The position numbers and the translations under genes are program-made. The notes below the pieces were generated by a model that did not search any database, was not told the origin of the DNA, and worked only from the letters and a program-made list of their open reading frames with translations. A stretch of DNA of 63,580 nucleotides, counting the filler, from an uncultured bacterium (GTDB taxonomy: Bacteria; Auribacterota; CAZIXI01), in the NCBI GenBank assembly GCA_964543115.1. It is 3 parts of 3 records of this genome, joined end to end, with 100 filler letters (N's around TTAATTAATTAA, not from the genome) between each part and the next. Parts side by side here need not be neighbours in the genome. Positions count along the whole stretch, not along the records: positions 22,817 to 45,463 come from CAZIXI010000024.1; positions 45,564 to 63,580 come from CAZIXI010000045.1; 1 more part is not named here. One strand, 5' to 3'. Positions within the stretch are counted from its first letter, which is position 1. Each line of letters starts with the position of its first letter. This document shows positions 39,216 to 49,859 of this stretch, piece by piece.

Positions 39216-42200
39216 TTAGGATATACCCAGTTGCGCCTCCAGATCTTTTTGTGCGAGGATGCGTTTATATTCCACGGGCATTACCTTAATAAAATATTTT
39301 ATTTCTTCATCCAGATTAGCAATTATTTTATCTGCTACCTGGCTGTCAGTATACTTGTGGTGATTGTAAATCAGGTTATAAACGGTCATGTGATCCTCTT
39401 CGTTTAATTCTTCTAAAAGCACCATATCCTGATTGCATTTTTGCTGAAAATCTCCGGTTTTATTATAGATATAGGCAATTCCGCCGCTCATCCCGGCGGC
39501 AAAGTTCCGGCCGCAGGCCCCGAGAATCACTACCCGGCCGCCGGTCATATATTCACAACCATGATCGCCAACACCCTCAATAACCGCATAGAGGCCGGAA
39601 TTCCTGATACAGAAGCGTTCTCCGGCCACTCCCCGGATATAGGCCTCTCCGGCAATCGCGCCATAAAAAGCAGTATTGCCAATAATGATATTTTCCCGGG
39701 CCGAATAAGTAGTCTTTTTATCCGGATAAATAATTATCTTCCCGCCAAAAATACCTTTACCCACATAATCGTTAGCCAGACCCTCAAGCTCAAAGGTTAC
39801 GCCTTTAACCAAAAACGCGCCGAAGCTCTGACCGGCAACTCCGGTAAATTTACACTGAATCGTGTCTTCCGGCAATCCCTTCTCTCCCTGAACACGGCAA
39901 ATCTCACCGCTTAACATGGCACCAGTGGTCCTATCCGTATTACTGATCGGCAAAATTAACTTACGTGATTTCCCTTCTCTCACCGCTTTTCTGGTTACGG
40001 CGATTAATTCCCGATCTTTAACCGTGGCAATACCGTGGTCCTGTTTCTGCTGGCAATAGATTCCTACCCCCTCTGCTGCCGGCGGCTGGTAAAGAATACG
40101 GGAAAAATCTATTTTCTTTGCCTTTTCTACCTGCAAATCATTACTGACCGCCAATAAATCTGTCCGGCCGATCATTTCTTCTATTTTACGCATTCCCAAT
40201 TGCGCCATCACTTCCCGCAGATCCTGGGCGACAAAACGCAAATAGTTTGCCACATATTCCGGCCGGCCGCGAAACCGGCGTTCCAACAGGGGATCCTGAG
40301 TGGCTACTCCCACAGAACAATTATTAAGATGACAATGCCGCAGCATTACACAACCCAGGGTAATCAAGGCAGCGGTACAAAAACCGTATTCCTCCGCTCC
40401 CAACAGAGCGGCAATGGCCACATCCCGGCCGGTACGCAACTGCCCGTCGGTTTGTAACCGTACCCGGCTGCGCAGATCATTTAAGACCAGTGTCTGGTGG
40501 GTCTCCGACAGTCCCAGTTCCCAGGGCAATCCGGCATGCCGGATCGAACTGCGGGGAGATGCGCCGGTTCCGCCGTCCCCGCCGGAAATGAGGATCATAT
40601 CCGCGTGGCCTTTAGCCACACCAGCGGCAATTGTGCCTACCCCGACCTCCGAAACCAGTTTTACACTGATTCGTGCTTTTGGGTTAACGTTCTTGAGATC
40701 AAAAATCAACTGTGCCAGGTCCTCAATAGAATAAATATCATGATGCGGCGGCGGAGAAATCAGCGTTACCCCGGAAGTGGTATAGCGTGTCCGGGCAATG
40801 ATCGCACTGACCTTATGGCCGGGTAACTGCCCGCCTTCCCCGGGTTTTGCTCCCTGGGCAATTTTAATCTGCAGTTCATCGGCGTTAATAAGATAATTTG
40901 TCGTTACCCCAAAACGACCGGAGGCAATCTGTTTAATCGCACTGCGTGCCGAATCGCCGTTGGGCAGCACAACAAACCGGGCCGGGTCCTCACCCCCTTC
41001 ACCGGTATTGGATTTCCCGCCCAGCCGGTTCATGGCCACTGCCAGTGATTCATGGGTATTTTTACGCCCCGGTAACAAACCGTTTCAGTATGTCACTGGC
41101 CGGTTCAACTTCTTCCAAGGGTACGGCCATGGTCCGCCGAAACTCCAACAGGCTGCGCAGAGTGGTGGGATGTCCTGTCTGATCATTAATCAAGCCGGCA
41201 AAATCACGATAGCGGCTATAATCCTCTTTACGCACCGCGTCCTGCAGGGCGGCAATAGTATCCGGATTCCAGAGATGAAATTCTCCGTCCCGTTTCCATT
41301 GGTACACTCCGCCGGGGGTTAAATAAGGAAACCGCTGCGTGCGTTCGGGAAAGGCCTCCCGGTGTCTGCTAACGGTTTCTGCCGCTACCTCCGCCAGGCC
41401 GCTGCCCCCAATCCGCGACGTTGTCCCCGTAAAATATTTCTCAATAAAATCATCCGCCAGGCCCAGGGCCTCAAAGATCTGCGCGCCACGGTAACTGCGC
41501 AGGGTGGAAATACCCATCTTTGATAAAACCTTTAAAATCCCTTTGTGTACCGCCTGCCGGTAATTCGCCTGGGCGGTGGCTGCCGGCAAACTGACCTTTT
41601 TCTCCCGGCAAAGGTCGCCAATGGTTTCATAGGCAAGATAGGGACAGACACAATCCGCGCCATAACCAAAAAGCAGGGCAAAATGATGTACTTCCCGCGG
41701 TTCTCCACTTTCCAGGACAATACCCAGTTCGGAACGAATGGTTTTTTTCACCAAATGCTGATGTACGGCACTCACCGCCAGCAGGGCCGGCAGGGCAATG
41801 TGATCTTTATCAACCCCCCGGTCACTTAAAATAACAAAATCGTAACCTTCTTCAATCGCGTATTCCGTTTCAAAACAAACACGTTCCAGGGCCCGGGCAA
41901 AATCCGCTTCTTCTTTTCCATTAAAATAAATAAACACGGTCTTTGTTTTAAAACCATAAGCACTTAAATCACGTATCTTATCCAGTTCTTCACTGCTTAA
42001 CACCGGAGCAGTCACTTTCAGCCGGTGGGCATGCTCCGGCGCAGCGGCAAGAATATTTTTCTCCGGGCCAATAAAAGTTTCCAGGCTCATAACCAGCTTT
42101 TCCCGGATAGGATCAATTGCCGGATTGGTTACCTGGGCAAAAAGCTGTTTAAAATAACTATAAAGTGTTTGCGGCTGCCGGGAAAGACAGGCATGCGGGG

Positions 42201-43713
42201 TGTCATTACCCATGGAACCTATCGGTTCCTGTCCCTGCTCGGCCATGGGCTGAACAATCAGTTTCAGATCTTCACGGGAATAACCAAACATCTGCCAAAG
42301 CGGCAGTAATTCCGCGGTTTTTTTTGCCGGCAGTCCGCTGGCCAGCACATTATCCAGACAAACGATATTCTCTTTATTCCAGAGCTCGTATGGCTGGGCC
42401 GCGGCCAGTGTATGTTTAATTTCATTATCGGCAATGATCCGGCCTTGCACGGTATCGATATAGAACATCCGGCCTGGTTCCAGTCTACCCGAGGCCTGGA
42501 TTTCTTCCGGCGGCAGGTTCAATACTCCCACCTCGGAGGCCATTACACAAAAACCGTTTTTTGTGACCAGATAACGGGCCGGCCGCAAACCGTTACGGTC
42601 CAGAACCGCCCCAATATCTTTTCCATCGGTAAAGGCAATCGCCGCCGGACCGTCCCAAGGTTCCAGGAGACAGGCATGATACTGATAAAACTCCCGGATT
42701 TCCCCGGATAATAACCGATCATGTTCCCAGGCACCGGGAATCAACATCATCATCACGTGGGGCAGTGAACGGCCGGAGAGAACTAAGAGTTCAAATACAT
42801 TATCAATTATTGCCGAATCACTCTTTCCTTCCACAATCACCGGTTTAATCTTGGCAATATCATTACCGAATAGTTCAGTGGCCAGTAACCGTTCCCGCGC
42901 GCGCATCCAGTTGATGTTGCCGCGCAGGGTATTTATTTCACCGTTATGAGCCAGGAACCGGAACGGCTGAGCCAGATCCCAGGTGGGAAAGGTGTTGGTA
43001 CTATAGCGTGAATGCACCAGTGCCAGAGCACTAGCTAAGTTGCCATCGTTCAATTCCGGATAATAGTGCCTTACCTGCTCCGGTTTTAATAATCCTTTAT
43101 AACTAACGGTGCGAGAAGAAAGATTGGTAATATAAAAGAAACTTTTTTGCTGAATTGCCGAGCCGGCTATTTCCTGTTCCGCGCGTTTACGGATTACATA
43201 GAGCTTTCTTTCCAGTGTTAACTGATTTTCTATTTGTTCTCCCTGGCCGATAAAAATCTGCCGGACAAGCGGCTGGGTCTCCCGGGCAAGTTTGCCGATC
43301 GGCGCCTCATTTACCGGCACGTCACGCCAGCCCAATAAAAGCTGTCCTTCTTCCGCAACAATACGGGCCAGAACTTCCTGACAGAACTTCCGTTCCTTTA
43401 CCGCGGTTGGCAGAAAAATCAGGCCTGTACCGTAACTACCCTCAGCCGGCAAGTTAATCCCCTGTTCACTACAAACCCCGGCATAAAAATCATGCGGGAT
43501 CTGTATCAGAATACCGGCCCCGTCACCGGTCTGGGGGTCCGCACCCACCGCCCCCCGGTGACTCATATATTCCAGCACAGTCAATCCCTGTTCAATGATA
43601 GCCGGGGACCGTTGTCCGTTAATATTGCAGACAAATCCCACCCCGCAGCTATCGTGCTCATAGCGCGGATCATATAATCCCTGTCTTTGTGGTAGATGGC
43701 TATCCTTCATCAA
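39216..43713 (-). pseudogene. gltB: glutamate synthase large subunit split by a frameshifting deletion at ~41062-41070 (ORFs 41062..43713 and 39216..41078)
   Basis: The N-terminal part (DSCGVG, HSRYSTNT, HNGEINT) ends ...KRFVTGA*. The C-terminal part resumes [25 protein letters not shown] in another frame, and the conserved MS(F/Y)GSIS is absent. Confidence 0.8.
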
Positions 43714-43770
43714 TTTCTCACTATGAATTACATCTGTTGCTCTTTCCAGATGCTAGAATCCATTTTAATA

Positions 43771-43956
43771 TCATATCTTAAATTTTACTATACTAATCCC
43801 TAATCGCTTGATCTTTGTATGCAAGGTATTACGGTTAATACCAAGCACCCGGGAGGCCTCTAATTGATTTCCTCTGGTAGTTACAAGCACCTTTTCAATC
43901 AGCGGCTTTTCCATTTCCGTTAGGGCCAGCCAGTACAAACCTGTTTGTTTTTTCAT
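43771..43956 (-). CDS. stand-alone Fis-family helix-turn-helix protein
   Basis: EMEKPLIEKVL..TRGNQLEASRVLGINRNTLHTKIKRLG; GGAGAGGG RBS. Confidence 0.85.
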   Translation of the reverse strand: MKKQTGLYWLALTEMEKPLIEKVLVTTRGNQLEASRVLGINRNTLHTKIKRLGISIVKFKI

Positions 43957-44046
43957 CTTCCCTCTCCTGCCTGTTTTTTAGGCATTGCCAGCGAATTTTT
44001 TTTGGGGAGGGGAGAGAGCACCTCCCTCCCGTTCCCTATTCTGGTA

Positions 44047-45381
44047 TTAGACTATCGGTAAATAACGATCAAGCTCATGTTTGGGTACCTGAATCCGATA
44101 ATCATTCCATTCTTTTTTCTTTAGCTCAATAAAGCGTGAAAAAATATGATCACCGAGCGTCTTCTTCACTAACGTGCTTTCTTCGGTCAGCGCAACCGCA
44201 TAGCCCAGACTGTCCGGCAGGGTTTCAATACCCTGTTTCCGGCGTTCGGCATCGGTAAGATGATAGAGATTCTTCTCCATCTGCGGCGGCACCTTATATT
44301 TCTTTTCGATCCCATCCAGGCCGGCATGCAGCATCGCGGCAAAAGTAAGATATGGATTACACACCGGATCACAGGCCCGAAACTCGCAGCGGGTAGCCTT
44401 CTCCTGTCCCGGATGATAATGCGGCACCCGAATGAGCGCGCTGCGGTTACGCCTGCTCCAGGCAATATAAACCGGAGCTTCGTATCCGGGCACTAATCTT
44501 TTATAGGAATTAGTGGTCTGCGCGAAAATAGAACAAATCTCCCGGGCATGCTTTAATAAACCGGCAATATAACTTCTTGCCGTTGCCGACAGATGATCCT
44601 TGGCCTTGGCATCAAAAAAAGCATTTTTGCTGCCTTTAAATAAGGACTGATGCGTATGCATCCCCGAACCATTCTCCCCAAAAATCGGCTTGGGCATAAA
44701 GGTGGCATAAACACCAAATTTACTGGCTATTTCTTTAACCACTATTCGATAGGTAAGCACATCATCAGCCATCTTCAAGGCATCCTGATAGCGCATATCC
44801 ACTTCATGCTGGGACGGGGCCACCTCATGATGTGAATATTCAATCTGAATACCCATTTCTTCCAGCGCCAGTACAGTTTCCCGCCGCAGGTCACTGGCCA
44901 CATCCAGAGTAGTTAAATCGAAATAACCGCCTTTATCAAGTATCTCTGTCCCCTGATCATTCTTAAAATAAAAGAATTCCAGTTCCGGCCCCAGATAGAA
45001 ATGATCATAGCCCATTTTTTTCGCCCGGGCCAGTGCGCGTTTAAGCACATAGCGGGGATCACCCTCATAGGGCTTTTTATCGGGAGTAAGCACATCGCAG
45101 ATCATTCTGGCCACAGCCTTTTCCCGCGGCCGCCAGGGCAAAATGGCAAACGTGCTCGGATCCGGCATGGCAATCATGTCCGATTCCTCAATATCCTGGT
45201 AACCGGTAATCGAGGAACCGTCAAATCCCATCCCGTTCTCCAGGGCATTGGTCAGTTCATTATCGGTAATAGAAAAACTCTTTACCTGCCCCAGAATATC
45301 CGTAAACCATAAACGGATAAACTTAACATCCTTCTCCTTAACCAGCTTTAACACATCGGCCTTAGTCATCTTCTTACTCAT
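44047..45381 (-). CDS. glnA: glutamine synthetase type I-alpha (copy 2)
   Basis: FDGSSITG, HHEVAPSQHE, NGSGMHTHQSL, RNRSALIRVP, EFRACDPVCNPY. Confidence 0.95.
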   Translation of the reverse strand: MSKKMTKADVLKLVKEKDVKFIRLWFTDILGQVKSFSITDNELTNALENGMGFDGSSITGYQDIEESDMIAMPDPSTFAILPWRPREKAVARMICDVLTPDKKPYEGDPRYVLKRALARAKKMGYDHFYLGPELEFFYFKNDQGTEILDKGGYFDLTTLDVASDLRRETVLALEEMGIQIEYSHHEVAPSQHEVDMRYQDALKMADDVLTYRIVVKEIASKFGVYATFMPKPIFGENGSGMHTHQSLFKGSKNAFFDAKAKDHLSATARSYIAGLLKHAREICSIFAQTTNSYKRLVPGYEAPVYIAWSRRNRSALIRVPHYHPGQEKATRCEFRACDPVCNPYLTFAAMLHAGLDGIEKKYKVPPQMEKNLYHLTDAERRKQGIETLPDSLGYAVALTEESTLVKKTLGDHIFSRFIELKKKEWNDYRIQVPKHELDRYLPIV

Positions 45382-45463
45382 TGCTTCCCTCCTTTTTTAT
45401 CCATCCATTAGAGTTCTGCAAAATAGGTAATTTGTGCAGCATTGTCATCCCGCGGTTTAACCG

Positions 45464-45563
45464 NNNNNNNNNNNNNNNNNNNNNNNNNNNNNNNNNNNNN
45501 NNNNNNNTTAATTAATTAANNNNNNNNNNNNNNNNNNNNNNNNNNNNNNNNNNNNNNNNNNNN
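45464..45563. other. artificial contig linker
   Basis: 100 bp of N containing TTAATTAATTAA. Confidence 0.97.
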
Positions 45564-47117
45564 TTGAACAACGACCTCTTCCTGATCAGGATCTCTTAAT
45601 TCATCTCCCTGCCCTTCATCCACCGGAATAGCGTCATCGGCTTCCTCCGGAATACCTACTTCCAGATAAAGATTTACATCAACTTCTTCCTCGCTAAACA
45701 ACTGCCCCTCATCAGTAACCCGGATTTTAAACTGCCGGACACCTTCCGCTAATCCTGCCGTCGGAACAGTGATAACAACATCGCCATACCCGTCAGGATT
45801 TACCGGAGCGCCAAGCTGAGTTCCGTTCTCATCGTAAACAGCGACACATAGATCACTAAGATTTCCCGTATCCAGCACACTGCCGCTAATCTCTATTTCT
45901 TCACCCAACACCACTTCTTCAGGAGAACTCACAATAGCCAGCGAAGGTTTATAATTGAAAGCAACATTAATGTGGCCCTCATCCGCGTCATTTGGATTAG
46001 TTGTCATATAATAAAGAACATAGAGGTTATCCTGGGGCAATACACTGCCGCCGGAAATAAATTCTCCGTTATTATCCAGAATAGAGCCGTCAGCTTCTGT
46101 CCACTCCAACAGATCCTCAGAATACACCATGCGGATATCCCGCAGATATTGATCCTCATCACCGGTAACATAAAACATTAAATATCCATCTTCATATTCC
46201 TCTACTTCGAAAGTTCCGATCCCGCTGAATTCTCCGCCTGCCAAAAGAGGATTCCCTTCATATTTACTCCAGTTACTGCCGTTAACAGAAAGCGCCGCAC
46301 CCAAGGGAGAAGGCGGACTCCAATTCTCAAAACTGTTGTAAAACATATAATAGTTACTGTCAGTATTAATTACCGTTGGCCAGCCTATCGTTCCCTGATC
46401 CCATTCCCCCGGCGCTCCCTGCTCAAGCACGGGATTATTTTGATCATATACCCAATTAATACCATCCGTTGCCGTTGCCCGGCAGGCCCTAACATTTCCT
46501 GCCTGTACTGCCTGATAATATATCGTATAAAGGCCGGCTTCATAAATGACATCCGAGAAACTAACACCGCCGTCATCTATTCCTGGCTGGCCCCCATGCG
46601 GCAAAACAGAATCATAACTATCATTACCGGTGAGTGTTTTGGTCCAATCAAGGCCATTATTGGAATCGGCATGACAAATATTGAAGGAACTGGGGGCGTG
46701 AAAACCATAGGCGTTAAACCACATTTGATAAGCACCGTTAATTTCTTCAACCCGGGGAAAGGCAATAAATTTATGGTTGGCCGGACCGCCGCAGAATTCC
46801 GTTCCGGTCATGATCGGATTAAGGGCATTTTCTACCCAGCCGCTGCCTGCATCGCCAGACAGTGCGTAAGAGCTGTTTACCGCGATCCTGAGATCATCAT
46901 TAAGCTCACTGCCATCATCAAAATTGATCTCAGCATAATCATCTATTCCGTCCCCGTCTGTATCCGGGTTATTAGGATCCGTACCATAAATATTAATCTC
47001 ATCTGTATCACTTAAACCATCGGCATCACTATCCAGCACAACATTGGCAAAACCAGGCTGCATAACCGTTCCCAAAACAAACACTACCAGCAAAACCGCC
47101 TGCAATAACTTCTTCAT
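45564..47117 (-). CDS. secreted protein, 3' truncated: Ca-binding DxDxDG repeats, five-bladed beta-propeller glycosidase-like domain, Ig-like domain
   Basis: Signal peptide; DSDADGLSD.DE...GTDPNNPDTDGDG; AxSxDG.xW and NPV/L blades (NPVLEQGAPGEWD). Confidence 0.8.
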
Positions 47118-47174
47118 CTTTCCCTCCTCGGGTAATTACCCTCTTGCCCCTTTGCCCTTTGTGCCATTTTAAGA

Positions 47175-47190
47175 TGCAATCACTATGCCA
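47175..47190 (-). promoter_or_regulatory. sigma54 (-24/-12) promoter
   Basis: TGGCATAGTGATTGCA, with GG-N10-GC spacing. Confidence 0.7.
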
Positions 47191-47338
47191 AAACCGAAAC
47201 AATATAAGTCTTTGCACAGCAAGGACAAGAGGAAATAGGTCTCCGGTAGGTCCAGATTCATGCGAAAAATACATCAGGAAAGATGAAAAATGTTTCTTTT
47301 TATTTTTTTACATATTTGTATTTTTATTCATTTTAACA

Positions 47339-47367
47339 TTGACACATTTGTGTGTAAATGTTATACT
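47339..47367 (+). promoter_or_regulatory. sigma70 promoter of the TA operon with an operator-like palindrome
   Basis: TTGACA, 17 nt, TG-t-TATACT. The spacer region forms ACATTT-GTGTGT-AAATGT. Confidence 0.8.
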
Positions 47368-47385
47368 GAACTATGGAGGTGTAAA

Positions 47386-47646
47386 ATGAAAAAATCTCAG
47401 TCAAAAACTAAATCAATACATCATAATAGACTTAGCATAGAAGTGAAGCCTGAAATGCACCGATTAATCAAAATCAATGCCGCTTTGCATAACCAGAGTA
47501 TTCGGGATTATGTCTTGAGGGCTATTACAAAATATATACAGCAAGAAATGGAAAGCAAAACCATGTCTATGATGGTGAGAGAGATCAGCCCTTCTTTAAA
47601 AGAATTATGGAACAATTCCAAGGATGCGGCATATGACAATCTATGA
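47386..47646 (+). CDS. ribbon-helix-helix antitoxin (putative)
   Basis: RLSIEV.PEMHRLIKINAA....SIRDYV RHH pattern; acidic C-terminal W.N.KDAAYDNL; overlaps the toxin start. Confidence 0.8.
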   Translation: MKKSQSKTKSIHHNRLSIEVKPEMHRLIKINAALHNQSIRDYVLRAITKYIQQEMESKTMSMMVREISPSLKELWNNSKDAAYDNL

Positions 47647-47971
47647 GCGCGGCGATATCATCCTTGTAGAATTCATATTTGCTGCAGGCGATGGTTCAAA
47701 ACGAAGACCCGCCTTAGTTATCAGCTCCAATGATTACAACAAAAACCGACAGGAACTGATCATCGCCGCCATAACCAGCAATATTGACCGCAAATTCATT
47801 GGGGAAACTGTGCTTAAGGATTGGAAAGAAACCGGGCTGCTTTATCCATCTATAGTAACAGCAATAATACAAACTATAAAAGCATCTATGGCAGAACGTC
47901 GGCTGGGACATATCACCGAGCATGATTTAAAAGTTGTTGATAAAAATCTAAAAGAAGCATTAGTCTTCTAA
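47633..47971 (+). CDS. mazF: PemK/MazF-family toxin
   Basis: YERGDIILV.F......KRRPALVIS...YN......AITS. Confidence 0.9.
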   Translation: MTIYERGDIILVEFIFAAGDGSKRRPALVISSNDYNKNRQELIIAAITSNIDRKFIGETVLKDWKETGLLYPSIVTAIIQTIKASMAERRLGHITEHDLKVVDKNLKEALVF

Positions 47972-48011
47972 ATAGAAATTACGTTCACAATGCGTTGCCG
48001 TTGTTTTCTCT

Positions 48012-49817
48012 CTAGTACTCTACATTTCCCGACTGCACAGAATTAGCGCCTGTGATACTGATCCCATCCGCGGTACAGCCAACAACCAGATTGTAATCCG
48101 CGCCGGAATCTTCACTGATAACATCACCAGTCCCGGTACAGACTGTGCCGGTCAAAGAATTATATTCTGCCGCTGAACCAAGAGTTATACCCTCGGCTGT
48201 GCTGGCAGATATACTATTACCGTCACCGTTAACAGTAATACTGCCACCGGCACTCATATTACTTAATTTGTTGTAATCAGAAGCCAAAATAAAAAGATCC
48301 ATGTATCCATTATTAACAAAGTGAACATTGGTTAAGATATTATAATGCGAACTGGAATAAAGAAAGATGCCATATCTGATATTATTCACTACCACAATAT
48401 TACTGAACTGATTATTCGAGGATAATTGAACATAAACAGCATCATAATTTGATTCAAAATTGCAATTAACAAACCTATTCGCCCAGCAGAATACCAGTTG
48501 AAGCCCATATTGATTGGCACCGGCATTGTCTTTGACAGTAACATCAGCTATCACGCTATTGACTACTTCTTCAAAGTTAATGATGCCGTAATTGCCAAAA
48601 ATACCAAAAGTAGTGCTTGTGATTGTAAAATTCCTCAGTTCTATCCCGCTATGAAATGAACCAGCGTAATAGCCGGCTCCGGACAGGCTTGAACCATTAT
48701 AAGTCTGCGCCAAGGTCAATTGTGTGTCACTGTCAACAGTATCAATTAAATAAGGCAAATCATAAAGAATAATATAATCCTCAGCACTAAGATTGGCCAC
48801 CCAGGATGTACCGCTGCCGGTTACCGTTGTCTGACCGTTGGTTACTGAAACAGTACCCGTCGAATACAATGGCGCCTGCACTGTGGCCATTGTCATTGTT
48901 CCCAGATTAATAATGACATTTGCCCGGCTTTCCCCGATTAACTTCTGCCCGTTCCTAAGCACAATGGTGGAAACTTCATTATAAGTGCCATTCTTAATAA
49001 AAATCGTCGCCCCTTCACCGGCACCCGCGCAGGCCGCGGCAACTGTGGAATAGTCACCACCTGAGGGCGCGACAATGGCGTCATAAAGATCCAGTTCTAA
49101 ACCACCGGCGCCAAGGGCCAGGCCGCTGCCCGCCGCTACTTTCAACCCGCCGGCATCCTCCAGACCGCTATCACTGGCCAATTGGACAGCGGAACCGGCA
49201 ACCTTATTGACAGTAGTAATCTGCGAGAGCGCGGAATCACTAACATTCTGGATCGTGTTACTGCTGCCATCAATTGTTTTATTACTTATTTCCTGACTGG
49301 CCGTGGTTCCCATCAATTCTCCGGCTAACGGTGCACTCAACCCCCCCAGGGTATCAGAATTAGCCGCCTGACCGGCATGATGGGCATAGGGAACTGAAAC
49401 AATCTGTTTATCGGGCAGCAAATGCTGGGAACCGTTTACCCCATCATCAAACCAGATACGCAGATATGTATCCGGATAATCTATGAAAATATCCGCCGGA
49501 ATAGAATAACGCATATTAGTCAGACTGGTATCCCCCAGGCGCACATCGAAGATCCCGTTGCTAACAGCAATAGAAACCGCGTTATCCGGTTCACTGCCAC
49601 TTACCGAAGTTCCGTCATTGGACCAATAACTGGTTGTCCCGGCACTATTCACAATTGCAAACTTAAACTGGCCGGTTCCGTTGAACGGTACCCCATCAAC
49701 TTTGACCAGGCCATGATAATCAATTACTTCCGGCACATCCGCCAGAAGAATTTTCCCGGCACTGAAAGTAAATACCGCCAGACAGATGATCAATAGAATT
49801 TTAATGATTACCTTCAT
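48012..49817 (-). CDS. secreted tail-fibre/tailspike-like protein with C-terminal parallel beta-helix
   Basis: Signal peptide; VPEVIDYHG; SNKTIDGSSNTI; GTVSVTNGQTTVTGSGTSW; beta-helix repeats. Confidence 0.75.
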   Translation of the reverse strand: MKVIIKILLIICLAVFTFSAGKILLADVPEVIDYHGLVKVDGVPFNGTGQFKFAIVNSAGTTSYWSNDGTSVSGSEPDNAVSIAVSNGIFDVRLGDTSLTNMRYSIPADIFIDYPDTYLRIWFDDGVNGSQHLLPDKQIVSVPYAHHAGQAANSDTLGGLSAPLAGELMGTTASQEISNKTIDGSSNTIQNVSDSALSQITTVNKVAGSAVQLASDSGLEDAGGLKVAAGSGLALGAGGLELDLYDAIVAPSGGDYSTVAAACAGAGEGATIFIKNGTYNEVSTIVLRNGQKLIGESRANVIINLGTMTMATVQAPLYSTGTVSVTNGQTTVTGSGTSWVANLSAEDYIILYDLPYLIDTVDSDTQLTLAQTYNGSSLSGAGYYAGSFHSGIELRNFTITSTTFGIFGNYGIINFEEVVNSVIADVTVKDNAGANQYGLQLVFCWANRFVNCNFESNYDAVYVQLSSNNQFSNIVVVNNIRYGIFLYSSSHYNILTNVHFVNNGYMDLFILASDYNKLSNMSAGGSITVNGDGNSISASTAEGITLGSAAEYNSLTGTVCTGTGDVISEDSGADYNLVVGCTADGISITGANSVQSGNVEY

Positions 49818-49859
49818 GATTAACCCTCCTCTTTTCGGGCGCTGGTATTTTTACCCATT

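Noticed and set aside
44001..44031. Purine/pyrimidine hairpin after glnA2 as a terminator
   Set aside because: The stem is imperfect, and on the transcribed (minus) strand it is followed by an A-run rather than a U-run.
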